Below are positions 36,739-46,054 of a stretch of 62,961 nt of DNA, one piece after another (position 1 is the first letter of the stretch; each line of letters starts with the position of its first letter). Origin of the DNA: a virus (Duplodnaviria; Caudoviricetes). A program made the translations under genes and the position numbers. The notes under the pieces are model-generated. The model was given only the letters and a program-made list of their open reading frames with translations. It was not told where the DNA came from and did not search any database. The stretch is from positions 1-62,961 of the IMG/VR virus record IMGVR_UViG_3300048592_000259. The stretch is one strand, 5' to 3'.

Positions 36739-37956
36739 CTACTGCTTCGCGGGCGGATCCGTCGCGCGTTGGGCCGGACGCTGTTGCAGGCTCAACCCGT
36801 AGAAGAAGCCCGTGATCGACCCCAGCACGCCGGAAATGACCGCCGTGATGACGACGTTCTGCATGTCGGCCGAGAAGCTGAACGACGCGGCGACCAGGCC
36901 GATGGTTTCGAGCGTCACGCGCTCCGCGCCGAGCGCCGCCACCAGCGTCAGGAAGAAGGTCGAGAAGCCGCGCCCGGCCAGCACGATCGTCACCACGAAG
37001 ATGACCATGAGCAGCAGCGGAATCGTGACGAGCAGGGCCGGGTTGCGCAGCACGGAGCCGGGCGCGTTCTGCACGTCCGTCGACCACTTCCGCGCCTCGG
37101 CGATGCCCCCGCCGACTTCGGTGAGCGTCGCGACGTACTGCACGATCGCGTTGTCGGCGGCCTGGGCCACGGTCTTGTCATCGGCGACCTTCTCGACCGC
37201 CTCTTGCAGGTTGATCGCGCCGACCGTCTTCGTCAGCACGTCGGCGAGGATCGGCGCGGCTTCCTCGATCTTGCGGCCCTTCACGCCGCCATCGCTGATG
37301 ATCTTCGCGATGCTCGGAAGGTACTGCGCTGCGATCGACAGCAGGGGGAGGACGATCGGGGCCATTTTGGGTGCGTCCTGTTCGGGGTTGAAGATCCTGC
37401 CGTCGTCGGTCGACGCCGGCTCGTAGATCGTGCCGCGGTCCTCGATCGGCGCGGGCGCCTGCTCGGCGGCCGTCGCGAGGGTGCCGCCGTAGCGGATGAA
37501 GACCTGCCGCGCGGCGGACATCGTGTACCGCGGGTTGTTCTCGTTCGCGCCCGGCAGGCTCGTCCACTCCTGTTCGAGCTTCGCGACCGCATCCTCGAAG
37601 CGGCCGGCGATCACGTCGCCGAGGGCACCGCGGTCCGCCAGGCCCACCACGAAGGCGAAGTCCTGCTCGGGCGGCGTGAAGCCGCGCAGGTCGTCCGGGT
37701 AGCGCTTCCGGATGCCGGCCCAGGTCGTGCCAAGGTGCTGGTACGCGCCGCTCGCGCGCGCGCCGTTCGTCGTCGTGATGCCGTCGTAGGGGTGCTTCGA
37801 CAGGTCGGTGAGATCCGGCCGGCCGTTGACGCGGTAGTACGCGCGGTCGGTCTGGTCCGTCTCGCCTTCGCGCACGACGCGGCCCATCGCCTTGACGTTC
37901 GCGTTCGCCATCGCGGCGCGCACGTCGGCGGACGTGAAGTAGCGCGGATCTACCAC
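36739..37956 (-). CDS. Endolysin (lambda R/GH104-type lytic transglycosylase) fused to a C-terminal holin-like membrane domain, ~405 aa
   Basis: VREGET, ASGAYQHLGTTW, FTPPEQD and EWTSLPG motifs; C-terminal TM segments ending GFFYGLS; exact start uncertain. Confidence 0.8.
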   Translation of the reverse strand: MVDPRYFTSADVRAAMANANVKAMGRVVREGETDQTDRAYYRVNGRPDLTDLSKHPYDGITTTNGARASGAYQHLGTTWAGIRKRYPDDLRGFTPPEQDFAFVVGLADRGALGDVIAGRFEDAVAKLEQEWTSLPGANENNPRYTMSAARQVFIRYGGTLATAAEQAPAPIEDRGTIYEPASTDDGRIFNPEQDAPKMAPIVLPLLSIAAQYLPSIAKIISDGGVKGRKIEEAAPILADVLTKTVGAINLQEAVEKVADDKTVAQAADNAIVQYVATLTEVGGGIAEARKWSTDVQNAPGSVLRNPALLVTIPLLLMVIFVVTIVLAGRGFSTFFLTLVAALGAERVTLETIGLVAASFSFSADMQNVVITAVISGVLGSITGFFYGLSLQQRPAQRATDPPAKQ

Positions 37957-37996
37957 GTCGATCCCCGGAGGGGTCCCGCCAGCATGGACAGGAGGA

Positions 37997-38368
37997 TCAT
38001 GCGGTGCGCGCCGCCGGCCGGAAATCGTCGCTGTGATAGCGCACGAGCATGGCAATCCGCACGCGCGCGAACATCGTGGCGACCAGGTGCCCGAACATCA
38101 CGCACACCAGCGCGACGATGTTCGAGTACTCCGACCAGATGACGACCCCGGAAATGACGCACCAGAACAGCCCCACGCGGATCGCCGCGAGCGTGAGGAC
38201 CTGCGCCTGCACCCGCTGCGAGTCCTCGCACAATCCGAAGATCGCGCACATGACACGCAGGCGGCTGAACTCCATGAAGTAGAGGTTCACCATCGTCCAC
38301 AGGGAAATGAGGACGACGGCGGAAGCGGCGAGAGCGACGATCGTGTTCAAGAACGCGGCGCTAATCAT
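37997..38368 (-). CDS. Membrane protein (holin/antiholin candidate), 123 aa
   Basis: Three hydrophobic segments; directly upstream of the endolysin gene. Confidence 0.6.
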   Translation of the reverse strand: MISAAFLNTIVALAASAVVLISLWTMVNLYFMEFSRLRVMCAIFGLCEDSQRVQAQVLTLAAIRVGLFWCVISGVVIWSEYSNIVALVCVMFGHLVATMFARVRIAMLVRYHSDDFRPAARTA

Positions 38369-38708
38369 CGGATTTGCCCCCTTTCGAGAGAACGGCCCGA
38401 ATGATGCGAACCAGGAAACCGGCCGGGTCTGACCGCAGCGCCTCGAAGATGGAGCGCCCCGCGAGAAGGATGTCCTCTGCGATGAATGCCGACCCCGCGA
38501 TGATCGCGATGCGAAGGCTCGGCGACGCGGCGATTTCCTGGAGCCCGTAGTACAGCACGATGGCGATGGTCCCGGCGGCCGACAGGCTCCGGAGAAGCCC
38601 CGGGCATCCGCCGTGCCGGTCGATCAACAGCCATCGCGACAACGCCCCCATGAAGACAGCACCCGCGATAATCAGCAGGGAGGCCCATTCCAGGAAAAAC
38701 GACTGCAT
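38361..38708 (-). CDS. Holin candidate, ~115 aa
   Basis: Three TM segments and a charged C-terminus; first gene of the lysis cassette; alternative start 38732. Confidence 0.6.
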   Translation of the reverse strand: MQSFFLEWASLLIIAGAVFMGALSRWLLIDRHGGCPGLLRSLSAAGTIAIVLYYGLQEIAASPSLRIAIIAGSAFIAEDILLAGRSIFEALRSDPAGFLVRIIRAVLSKGGKSDD

Positions 38709-38791
38709 CCCTACGGCCCCTTGCGCCAGCACGCGCTATTGGCGCCGGCCTCTGCGGGACCGTGCGACCGGGGAACGCTTCCGCGCGGAGA

Positions 38792-39337
38792 TTACCCGGA
38801 AGGGGCGGGGGGATCAACCGGGCTGGATTTCGGCTTCGTGTAGGAGGCGATGAGGGCGTCGATTCGGTGGTACTCCGACTCGGGGAGTTCCATCGGGTTC
38901 GCGGTGCCGAGCTCGCGGCACACGAATTCGCTCGCGAACATCACGGCGTCGGCCGGCATGCCCTTGCCCTCGCGCTCGATCGCCCACGCCTGGAACTGCG
39001 GGTCGCGGACCAGGTGGATCAGCTGCGCGACCTTCGGCGACATCTTCGTCGTCCCGAGCTTGCCGACGAGCAGCCCGTCGACGTTCACGATCTGCGTCGG
39101 CGGCTTGTTCGGATCCTGCGGCGCGGCCGGCGCGGGCGCCTCGACCGGGGCCTCGCCGGGCGCGAGCTCGCGCGCCGCGTGCGACGGCGCCTCGCGCGCC
39201 CGCTGGGTCGGCACGTCGACGACGCGCCCCGACGACGGGAGCAGCGCCAGGAAGTCGGCGATGTCCTCGGTGGCGATCGACAGCGTGCAGCGGAAGACCG
39301 CGCCGTCTTCGGTGAGGATGCTTCGCGCGAGCTTCAC
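38792..39337 (-). CDS. Hypothetical protein, 181 aa
   Basis: GTG start with GTGA overlap; RDPQFQAW...EFVCRELG motif. Confidence 0.6.
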   Translation of the reverse strand: MKLARSILTEDGAVFRCTLSIATEDIADFLALLPSSGRVVDVPTQRAREAPSHAARELAPGEAPVEAPAPAAPQDPNKPPTQIVNVDGLLVGKLGTTKMSPKVAQLIHLVRDPQFQAWAIEREGKGMPADAVMFASEFVCRELGTANPMELPESEYHRIDALIASYTKPKSSPVDPPAPSG

Positions 39338-39657
39338 GGCGTCACCTGGATCAGGCCTTCGCGCCACAGGTAGAGCAGCGTGCGGTCCATCGCGCGGCGC
39401 ATCGCGTCGCGTCGCTCGTCGCGGGACATTTTCGATCCCTGGTCGATCGCGCTGTGGCACGACGAGCAGCCGATGGCGCCGAAGCAGTCGTCAGCCTTCC
39501 GGTGCGCGCCCTTGCCGTGTTCGCTCGCGTTGCTGTGGCACCAGACCGACGTGGCGTTGTCGCGGTTGCAAATGCCATCCAGCTGAATCTGGCACGGGCG
39601 ATCGCGCGCGAGGCGGCGCAATTTCTCGTTCTCGTAGCGCGTCGTCTTCGGGAACAT
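39334..39657 (-). CDS. DUF1364/YbcO-like Zn-binding putative nuclease, 107 aa
   Basis: LARDRPCQIQLDGIC...TSVWCHSN...GKG...KADD..GAIGCSSCH. Confidence 0.85.
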   Translation of the reverse strand: MFPKTTRYENEKLRRLARDRPCQIQLDGICNRDNATSVWCHSNASEHGKGAHRKADDCFGAIGCSSCHSAIDQGSKMSRDERRDAMRRAMDRTLLYLWREGLIQVTP

Positions 39658-40124
39658 CAGAAGCCCTCGTTGAACACGGCGTCGGACAGGCGTTGCGCTT
39701 CGGCGACCGTGAGGCCCGGCATGATGCCGGCGCACAGCACGGCGACGACGCTCTCGTAGATTTGCTCGAACTCGGCCTGGTCCATGTTGCCGAAGGCGAT
39801 GCTCTTTGCCTCCAGCCGCGCCTCGCCGTCGATGCCCAGGACGATTTCGTAGTAGCCGGCCTGGATCACCAGGTCCTTGCGGAATCGCTCGAACGACTTC
39901 ATGGCCGGCGCGCCAGCGATCGACTTCCCCTCGGGGTTCCATTGCTCGAACGCCATGTGCGCGAGCGCGAAGAACTTCCGGTGGAACTGCGGATTGCGCA
40001 TCCGCTTCACGGTCGCGAGGACCGCGCGCCCCTCTTGCAGCTTCGCGACCAGCGATTGCGAGTAGCGATCGCCGGGCGCGAGCGTGCCCTTGTCGGTCTT
40101 CACCAGCATCATCGGCTCGGACAC
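39657..40124 (-). CDS. DUF1367-family protein, 155 aa
   Basis: RNPQFHRKFFAL, FERFRKDLVIQAGYY, AKSIAFGNMDQAEF. Confidence 0.85.
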   Translation of the reverse strand: MSEPMMLVKTDKGTLAPGDRYSQSLVAKLQEGRAVLATVKRMRNPQFHRKFFALAHMAFEQWNPEGKSIAGAPAMKSFERFRKDLVIQAGYYEIVLGIDGEARLEAKSIAFGNMDQAEFEQIYESVVAVLCAGIMPGLTVAEAQRLSDAVFNEGF

Positions 40125-40137
40125 GCTCGCTGCTCCC

Positions 40138-40287
40138 CTACGCGCCGCCGAACGTCCGACGCGGCACGATCTTCGGGATCGCGGGCGCCGGCGTCTTGCC
40201 TGCCGGCTTCGGCACCGCGCCCTTCGGCGCTGCCTTGCCCTTCACGATGTTTGCTACCTTCGCTGCCTTCGCTTTCGCCATGTTCAT
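40138..40287 (-). CDS. 49-aa Lys/Ala/Pro-rich basic peptide (histone H1-tail-like)
   Basis: SD GGAGG, TGATG overlap with rep; MNMAKAKAAKVANIVKGKAAPKGAVPKPAGK. Confidence 0.6.
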   Translation of the reverse strand: MNMAKAKAAKVANIVKGKAAPKGAVPKPAGKTPAPAIPKIVPRRTFGGA

Positions 40288-41309
40288 CACCTCCCCTCTG
40301 CGGTCTTGATCCGCTCCACGAAATGCTCTTGTGACTCGCCAGGTCGCGGTGTGATTCCGAGTTCGCGTCCGCGCTTCGCCGCACCCTCTGGCGTCTTCCA
40401 CCAGGCGGGCCCGCCGCTGTCGAGAACCGGCGGTCCCTTCCCGGTCATCCATTCGGTGTGCAACTTCTCGCAGTCGGCGAGCAGCATGCCGAGCGTGTGC
40501 CCCTTCTGGACGTAGAAGCGTTCGTCGCTCGTGACGTAGTGCGCCGCCACGTCCGGCGCCGCAGCGCCCAGGCGCTTCACGAGTTGCGCGATCTGCGCGT
40601 TCACCGTCGCGTTGCGCACGGGATCGGCGCCGTACCGCTTCCGGTAGGCCGCGCTGTAGCGTTCCCATACCTCGACCGTGATCGGCACCCTGCCGGGCGC
40701 CTCGGGCGGGGGTGGGGCCTTTCGTTTCTGACCTGTCGGGCCTGTCGACGACCGCGAAGCGGCGTCGGCAGTCCGGGGTTTTACCGGTACCGGTACCTGT
40801 ACCTGTGTATCGGATGGGGTTCGGACCCCATCGGAATGGGATTCGGATGGGGTCCGTTTTTCGACCGTTCGTCGGCTGTCAAACCGGGCGATCAGGGCGT
40901 CCCGGCGCGCGGCCGGAAGGTCCCCTCCGTATTCGCGGAGCGCGTCCGCGGCGGCGCCCAGGACGGTCGCCTCATCGGGCAAGGACTCGAACGACCCGAA
41001 GATGTGGGTCGCGTACTTGGCACTGATCTTGCCGATGTGCTTGAGGGACTTGTGGATAACTACGAAGCCAGTCCCATTGCAATGGGATGCGAACCCCATT
41101 CGAGTGAGGTCCGAAAGGGATTCGGATGCCTGTTCCTGGGTGAGCCCGAGGTCGGCGACCAGGTAGGCAATCGGCAGGTGGAAGGCGCCCGCCGCGTTCC
41201 CGTGCCGGCAGGTCACCAGGTACAGGGCGACGAGCTTGGACAGGGGCGCGAGCCGGGCGATCGACGGCGAGGTCCAGAAACCGCTGGAGACGGTGGCGAA
41301 CTTCCTCAA
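40287..41309 (-). CDS. Replication initiation protein (lambda O-like organisation), 340 aa
   Basis: TTG start after GGGAGGGG; N-terminal FW...LYLVTCRHGNAAG.F.LP..Y...DLG domain; central low-complexity linker carrying DNA repeats; follows cro. Confidence 0.75.
   Translation of the reverse strand: MRKFATVSSGFWTSPSIARLAPLSKLVALYLVTCRHGNAAGAFHLPIAYLVADLGLTQEQASESLSDLTRMGFASHCNGTGFVVIHKSLKHIGKISAKYATHIFGSFESLPDEATVLGAAADALREYGGDLPAARRDALIARFDSRRTVEKRTPSESHSDGVRTPSDTQVQVPVPVKPRTADAASRSSTGPTGQKRKAPPPPEAPGRVPITVEVWERYSAAYRKRYGADPVRNATVNAQIAQLVKRLGAAAPDVAAHYVTSDERFYVQKGHTLGMLLADCEKLHTEWMTGKGPPVLDSGGPAWWKTPEGAAKRGRELGITPRPGESQEHFVERIKTAEGR
40811..40856. repeat. Iteron-like repeats (putative origin) inside the rep gene
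   Basis: CGGATGGGGTT, CGGACCCCAT, CGGAATGGGATT, CGGATGGGGTC in tandem; related copies at 41080-41130. Confidence 0.6.
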
Positions 41310-41324
41310 GATCCCCTCCCGGGG

Positions 41325-41537
41325 CTACTTGCCGCGTTTCTTGGGGCGGGCCCGAGCCGGCGTCGCGAGGCGCGGCCAGAGATAGAGGACCTGGTAGACG
41401 CGCCCCTCGGGAATCGTCTCGCCCCACGACGACACGGCCTGCGCGCTCACGCCAAGACGCGCGGCGAACTTGCGCTTGGACATCTTGAGTCGACTGAGGC
41501 AGTCGGCCAGGGAGAGTGTTGGGGTTGGTTTGTCCAT
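41325..41537 (-). CDS. Cro-like HTH regulator, 70 aa, leaderless
   Basis: KRKFAARLGVSAQAVSSWGETIPEGRVYQV; -10 TACGAT lies 6 nt before the ATG. Confidence 0.85.
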   Translation of the reverse strand: MDKPTPTLSLADCLSRLKMSKRKFAARLGVSAQAVSSWGETIPEGRVYQVLYLWPRLATPARARPKKRGK

Positions 41538-41543
41538 GCTCGG

Positions 41544-41624
41544 ATCGTAACGGTTCGCCTCGGATGGTGTCAACCTAGCTTGTATCAAAGTGAGTTGACA
41601 TTGCATCGGCGCGAAGGATAACAT
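41544..41624. promoter_or_regulatory. Back-to-back sigma70 promoters with overlapping operator boxes
   Basis: Minus: TTGACA(41573-41568)-18-TACGAT(41549-41544). Plus: TTGACA(41595-41600)-18-TAACAT(41619-41624). Boxes GTGTCAA-N6-TTGTATC and GTATCAA-N6-TTGACAT. Confidence 0.8.
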
Positions 41625-41652
41625 TGCGTGTCGTTTCGTGAAAGGGGACCCC

Positions 41653-41928
41653 ATGAGTCGAGAGCTTCGCCGCCGTTCGCGCGAGTTGTTCCCGTCGATG
41701 CCGAGAGAGCGCCGCGCGGTATGGGTGCGCGCGCAGCTGATCGCCGCGAGCGCGCAGACGCGCCGCTTCGCGCCGATCGGCACGAAGTACATGCACCCGA
41801 CCACCGACGAAGTGCCGCTGTTCCTCGCCCGCACGCTCGGTCCGCGCGCCACCGTCACCGTCATCCCTGACTTCCAGGAGCGCGTCCGATCGATCGGCCG
41901 CGCCGTCGCCCGCCGCCTCTCCCGATGA
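41653..41928 (+). CDS. Hypothetical basic protein, 91 aa
   Basis: SD AAGGGG; first gene after the rightward promoter. Confidence 0.6.
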   Translation: MSRELRRRSRELFPSMPRERRAVWVRAQLIAASAQTRRFAPIGTKYMHPTTDEVPLFLARTLGPRATVTVIPDFQERVRSIGRAVARRLSR

Positions 41929-42176
41929 GCCTGCTGAACTTCATGGACCGGCTGTGGCATGGTCCGATCGTCGCCGCGACCGATCGCCGGCACGGCTACC
42001 AATGCCGGCTGGTGTCGCAAGGCGCGCGCTTCGGCTGCGTCGACGTGACAGCGCGGCCGCGCATGTTCGGATCGTGGACGATCCTCGACGTTCGGTGGCG
42101 CGGCGTGTCGATCATGCGCGCGCTGTCCGTCGAGGACCTTCTGTACCTTCACCGTGAACTGGAGAAGCAACGATGA
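41925..42176 (+). CDS. Hypothetical protein, 83 aa
   Basis: ATGA overlaps on both sides. Confidence 0.6.
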   Translation: MSLLNFMDRLWHGPIVAATDRRHGYQCRLVSQGARFGCVDVTARPRMFGSWTILDVRWRGVSIMRALSVEDLLYLHRELEKQR

Positions 42177-42988
42177 GCCAACCGATCGCCACCGTCCGAG
42201 CGTCGTCCTGGGGCGACCTGTTCGACTGCTCGTACCGCTGGTACTGGAAGAACGTGATGGGGATGCGCCTGCCCTACCGCGGCGCGGCCGTGGTCGGCAC
42301 CGCGATCCACAAGGGGAGCGCCGTGTACGACCAGGCGCGCCTGAACAAGCAGAAGCCATCGGTCGAAGAAGCGGCGCAGGTCGCCGCCGACGCGATCAAC
42401 AAACCGGACGACGAGGACAAGCAGCCGCCCGAGTTCGACGAGGAAATGACGAAGGGCGAAGCCGTCGATTTCGCGGTGAAGCTCACGACGAAGTACTGCA
42501 CGACGCTCGCCGACGACCTGGAATACTCGTCGGTCGAGGTCAAGTGCAAGGGCCTCGACGTGCAGACCGACAACGGCGTGATCCGGCTGACCGGCACGAC
42601 CGATCGCGTCCGCGTGTTCCCGAACAGGACCAAGGGCATCCTCGACTTCAAGAGCGGCGGCAAGGCGGTCGGCACCGATGGCGTCGCCGACGTGTACGGG
42701 CACGGCGTCCAGCTGGGCGTCTACACGCTGATGGTCGAGCAGGAGACGAAGCAAGCGCTGGAAGGCCCCGCGTCGATCGTGGGGCTCCAGACGAACAGCA
42801 AGCTGCGCGTCGGGCTGGGCGAAGTCGCCCAGCCGAAGCGGCCTCTGGTCGGCACGGCGAAGGTGCCGGGGCTGATCGAAATTGCGGCGGGTTACATGAA
42901 GTCGGGCATCTTCCCGCCGAACCCGAAGTCGGTGCTGTGCAGCAAGAAATGGTGCCCGGCATACGACGTGTGCATCTACCACGAGTGA
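42173..42988 (+). CDS. PD-(D/E)XK (RecB/Cas4-like) exonuclease, 271 aa
   Basis: RASSW...C, GTAIH, LTGTTD, ILDFKSG, QLGVY, C-terminal CSKKWCPAYDVC. Confidence 0.85.
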   Translation: MSQPIATVRASSWGDLFDCSYRWYWKNVMGMRLPYRGAAVVGTAIHKGSAVYDQARLNKQKPSVEEAAQVAADAINKPDDEDKQPPEFDEEMTKGEAVDFAVKLTTKYCTTLADDLEYSSVEVKCKGLDVQTDNGVIRLTGTTDRVRVFPNRTKGILDFKSGGKAVGTDGVADVYGHGVQLGVYTLMVEQETKQALEGPASIVGLQTNSKLRVGLGEVAQPKRPLVGTAKVPGLIEIAAGYMKSGIFPPNPKSVLCSKKWCPAYDVCIYHE

Positions 42989-42992
42989 GCCC

Positions 42993-44081
42993 ATGAACCA
43001 GACCACGAACGAAGCGAATATCAAGGACCTTAAGGACGTGTCGTCGGACACGGCCAGCGCGCTGGTCGTGCCCCCGCAGATGGGGAGCATGGTCGCGCGC
43101 GAGGAAATCGACATGCAGATCGCGACCGCCCACAAGTACCCGCGCAACATCGGCGCGTTCCGCAATCTCGCCATGTCGATCGCAACGCTGAACGAGGGCG
43201 TCGCGGCCGAGTGCCTGTTCGCTTTGCCGCGCGACGGCAAGGTGATCGAAGGCCCGAGCATCCGTCTCGCGGAAATCATCGTCTCGTCATGGCGCAACGC
43301 TCGCGTCGGATCCCGCACGATCCACGAGTCGCAGGATTCGATCGTCGCCCAGGGCATCTTTCACGACCTGGAGACGAACGTCGCGATTTCGTCGGAGGTC
43401 GAGCGCCGCATCGTCGACAAGGATGGCAAGCGGTACAAGACCGACATGATCCTGACGACGAAGAACGCGGCGCAGTCGATTGCGCTGCGCAACGCGATCA
43501 CGCGCGGCGTCCCGCGAGCTATCTGGTGGGACGTGTACCAGGCGGCGCGGCGCGTCGCGGCCGGCGACCAGAAAAGCCTCGCGACGAAGCGGGCCGACGC
43601 GATCGCTGCCTTCGCCATCTTCGGCGTCGACCTGTCGCAGATCCTCGAAATGCTGGGGCGCGAGAGCGAACACGACATGACGCGCGAGGACCTGGTGCAG
43701 CTGTTCGGCGTGCACAGCGCGATCAAGGACGGCGAGTCGACGCCCGAGGACGCCTTCCCGCCGAAGAAGGACCTGCGCCGCAAGACCGTCGACAAGGGCG
43801 GCGAGGCGGGCGCCGGCCAGGACGCGGCGAAGGTCGACGCCGAGAAGAAGCCGGCCGAGGAAAAGGCGCCCGTCGTCGACGTGGCCCAGGAGACGGTCAA
43901 GGTCGCGAGCGCGGAGGCGAAGCCGAAACCGCCGACGCAGGGCGTCGCGCCGGCCGGCATCCCGCCGCCGGAGGACCAGGTGCCCGCGCCGAAGGTGGCA
44001 CTCGCGACGCCCGACCGCAGCCCGGATCCCGACCCGGCCCCCGCCCGCCCTGCGCGCCGCTCGCGCGGGAACATGGAGTAG
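42993..44081 (+). CDS. Putative single-strand annealing/recombination protein, 362 aa
   Basis: Follows the exonuclease; QIATAHKYPR, LPRDGKVIEGPSIRLAE, SIALRNAI; disordered C-tail. Confidence 0.6.
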   Translation: MNQTTNEANIKDLKDVSSDTASALVVPPQMGSMVAREEIDMQIATAHKYPRNIGAFRNLAMSIATLNEGVAAECLFALPRDGKVIEGPSIRLAEIIVSSWRNARVGSRTIHESQDSIVAQGIFHDLETNVAISSEVERRIVDKDGKRYKTDMILTTKNAAQSIALRNAITRGVPRAIWWDVYQAARRVAAGDQKSLATKRADAIAAFAIFGVDLSQILEMLGRESEHDMTREDLVQLFGVHSAIKDGESTPEDAFPPKKDLRRKTVDKGGEAGAGQDAAKVDAEKKPAEEKAPVVDVAQETVKVASAEAKPKPPTQGVAPAGIPPPEDQVPAPKVALATPDRSPDPDPAPARPARRSRGNME

Positions 44082-44084
44082 GCC

Positions 44085-45707
44085 ATGCACATCGAAACGA
44101 TGGAGGTCAGCAACTTCCTGGGGGTGTCGCACGTCGCGATCACCCCGAAGGCGAAGGTCGTCCTGGTGGCCGGGGCGAACGGCGCGGGCAAGACGAGCGT
44201 GTACCAGGCCATCCGGCTGGCGTGGCTCGACGAGCTCCCCCGGATCGAACTGAAGCGCGACGCCGCGGCCCTGCTGCGCGGCGGCGCGGCGAAGGGGTCG
44301 GTGATGGTCAAGTCCGACCGGGGGACCACGGCGATCACGCTGCCCTCGCGCACGCGGGCGGGGAGCGCGATGCTGGGCACGAACACGACGATCGCCCTGG
44401 CGCCGTCCGAGTTCACCGGCTGGGCGCCCGAGGACCGCAAGCGGTTCGTCCTCGCGATGTCCGGCACCGCCCTCAACCGGGACGCCATCGCCAAGCGGCT
44501 GGAGGCGCGCGGCATCCCGGCCGAACTGATTGCGGAGATCCGGCCGCTGCTCGCCGCCGGGTTCGACAGCGCGATGGGGTCGGCGCGCGACCGGGCGGCG
44601 CAGGCGCGCGGCGCGTGGCGCGCGGTGACGGGAGAGGTCTACGGGTCGAAGAAGGCCGAGGGCTGGCGCCCGGACGACGTGCCGGCCCTGCCCGAGCCCC
44701 CCGTCGGCATGGACGAGGCGATCGCCAACCACGACGCCGCGGTGCGCGCGCACTCCGCGCTGGTGGAGCGCGCGGCAGCTGCGGCGAAGGCGGTCGAGCA
44801 GCGGAAGGTGGACCGCACGCTGGTCGCCACCAAGCCGGAAGTGCTGGCCGCGATCGAGGCGAACCGCGAGAACGCGGGCGCCGAGGAAGAACGCGAGACG
44901 CTGGCCTGCCCGGACTGCGGGTGCGCCCTGCTGCTCGTGAACGGCAAGCTGGAGAAGTACACGCCGCCGGCCACGGGCAAGCGGGTGAAGGCGTCGGTGC
45001 GCGCCGCGGCGAAGCGCGCGTTCGAGGCGGCGATCATCAACCAGAACGCGATTGCGCAGGCCGAGGCGCGCCTGGCCGGCCCCATGCCCGAGCCGCCGGC
45101 CGAGGGCGAGGTCGCCGCCGCGCTGGAGGCGAAGGCCGAGCGCGCCGACGTGCTGCGCACGCTCCAGGGGCAGCACGAGAAGTACGCCGAGGCGAAGCGC
45201 GCGGCCGACACGCAGTCCGACCGCATGGCGTCGGCGCGCAAGCACCACGAGAACGTCGGCGCGTGGGAGAAGGCCGAGGAAGCCCTGTCGCCCAACGGCA
45301 TCCCGTCGGAACTGATCGGGGAGGCCCTGGCGCCGCTGCGCGCCGCGATCGGCGCCGTGACGACCGACGCCATCCGCGACTGGCCGCTGCCGGTGATCGG
45401 CGACGACTGCAACGTCACGGCATGGGGCCGGCCGTACGGGCTCCTGTCCGAGTCGGAGCAATGGCGCGTCGACGCGGTGCTGGGCGCGGCGGTGGCGAAC
45501 GTCACGGGCATGCGCTTCCTCGCGCTCGACCGCGCCGACATTCTGGAGCCGGCGCAGCGCGGGCCGCTGATGGACTGGCTGCTCGCGACGACCGACGCCG
45601 GCACGCTCGACCAGGCGTGGATCTTCGCGACGCTCAAGGGCGACCCGAAGATGCTCGCCGAGGATGGCGTCGAGTCGCATTGGATCGTCAACGGGTCCGA
45701 GGCATGA
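44085..45707 (+). CDS. SMC/Rad50/SbcC-like ABC ATPase, 540 aa
   Basis: Walker A GANGAGKTS, central CPDCG hook, signature-like LSESEQWR, Walker B-like LALDRAD. Confidence 0.8.
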   Translation: MHIETMEVSNFLGVSHVAITPKAKVVLVAGANGAGKTSVYQAIRLAWLDELPRIELKRDAAALLRGGAAKGSVMVKSDRGTTAITLPSRTRAGSAMLGTNTTIALAPSEFTGWAPEDRKRFVLAMSGTALNRDAIAKRLEARGIPAELIAEIRPLLAAGFDSAMGSARDRAAQARGAWRAVTGEVYGSKKAEGWRPDDVPALPEPPVGMDEAIANHDAAVRAHSALVERAAAAAKAVEQRKVDRTLVATKPEVLAAIEANRENAGAEEERETLACPDCGCALLLVNGKLEKYTPPATGKRVKASVRAAAKRAFEAAIINQNAIAQAEARLAGPMPEPPAEGEVAAALEAKAERADVLRTLQGQHEKYAEAKRAADTQSDRMASARKHHENVGAWEKAEEALSPNGIPSELIGEALAPLRAAIGAVTTDAIRDWPLPVIGDDCNVTAWGRPYGLLSESEQWRVDAVLGAAVANVTGMRFLALDRADILEPAQRGPLMDWLLATTDAGTLDQAWIFATLKGDPKMLAEDGVESHWIVNGSEA

Positions 45708-46054
45708 CGACCGACAAGCGCCCGCCCGAGTCGATCGCGCTGGAGAAGCTCGTCAACACGGCGATCGAGCAGTACGGCGACCAGGCGGTTCTGTGGGCGT
45801 GGAGCCACCTGTTCGCCGCCTTCATCCCGCTGGCCGCGTCGATGCTGCACGAGCAGCGCATGTTCGAGGCGGCGAAGAAGGCGGGCCTGGGGGCGGACGA
45901 CGTGGAGCAGGCGTTCGTCCTGCTCGCGTCGTTGCGCGGCGAGCCCTCCGACCATAACGCCTGGGTCGCGGCCGACGTGATCCAGAAATACGCGAAGGAT
46001 CCGGCGCGGCTGCTGGTCGCGATCCAGTCCGTCACGAAGAAGGAAACGCACTGA
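45704..46054 (+). CDS. Hypothetical protein, 116 aa
   Basis: ATGA and TGATG coupling, high GC3. Confidence 0.65.
   Translation: MTTDKRPPESIALEKLVNTAIEQYGDQAVLWAWSHLFAAFIPLAASMLHEQRMFEAAKKAGLGADDVEQAFVLLASLRGEPSDHNAWVAADVIQKYAKDPARLLVAIQSVTKKETH

Noticed and set aside
38811-38830. GGATCAACCGGGCTGGATTT (and GGATCAGCCTTGGTTGAAC near 19122) as extra operator copies
   Set aside because: Too degenerate, within or at the ends of coding sequence, and not tied to a -35 box
41325-41640. Classical lysogeny switch or integration module
   Set aside because: Divergent promoters and cro are present, but I recognised no CI-like repressor, integrase or att-associated tRNA; lifestyle remains undetermined
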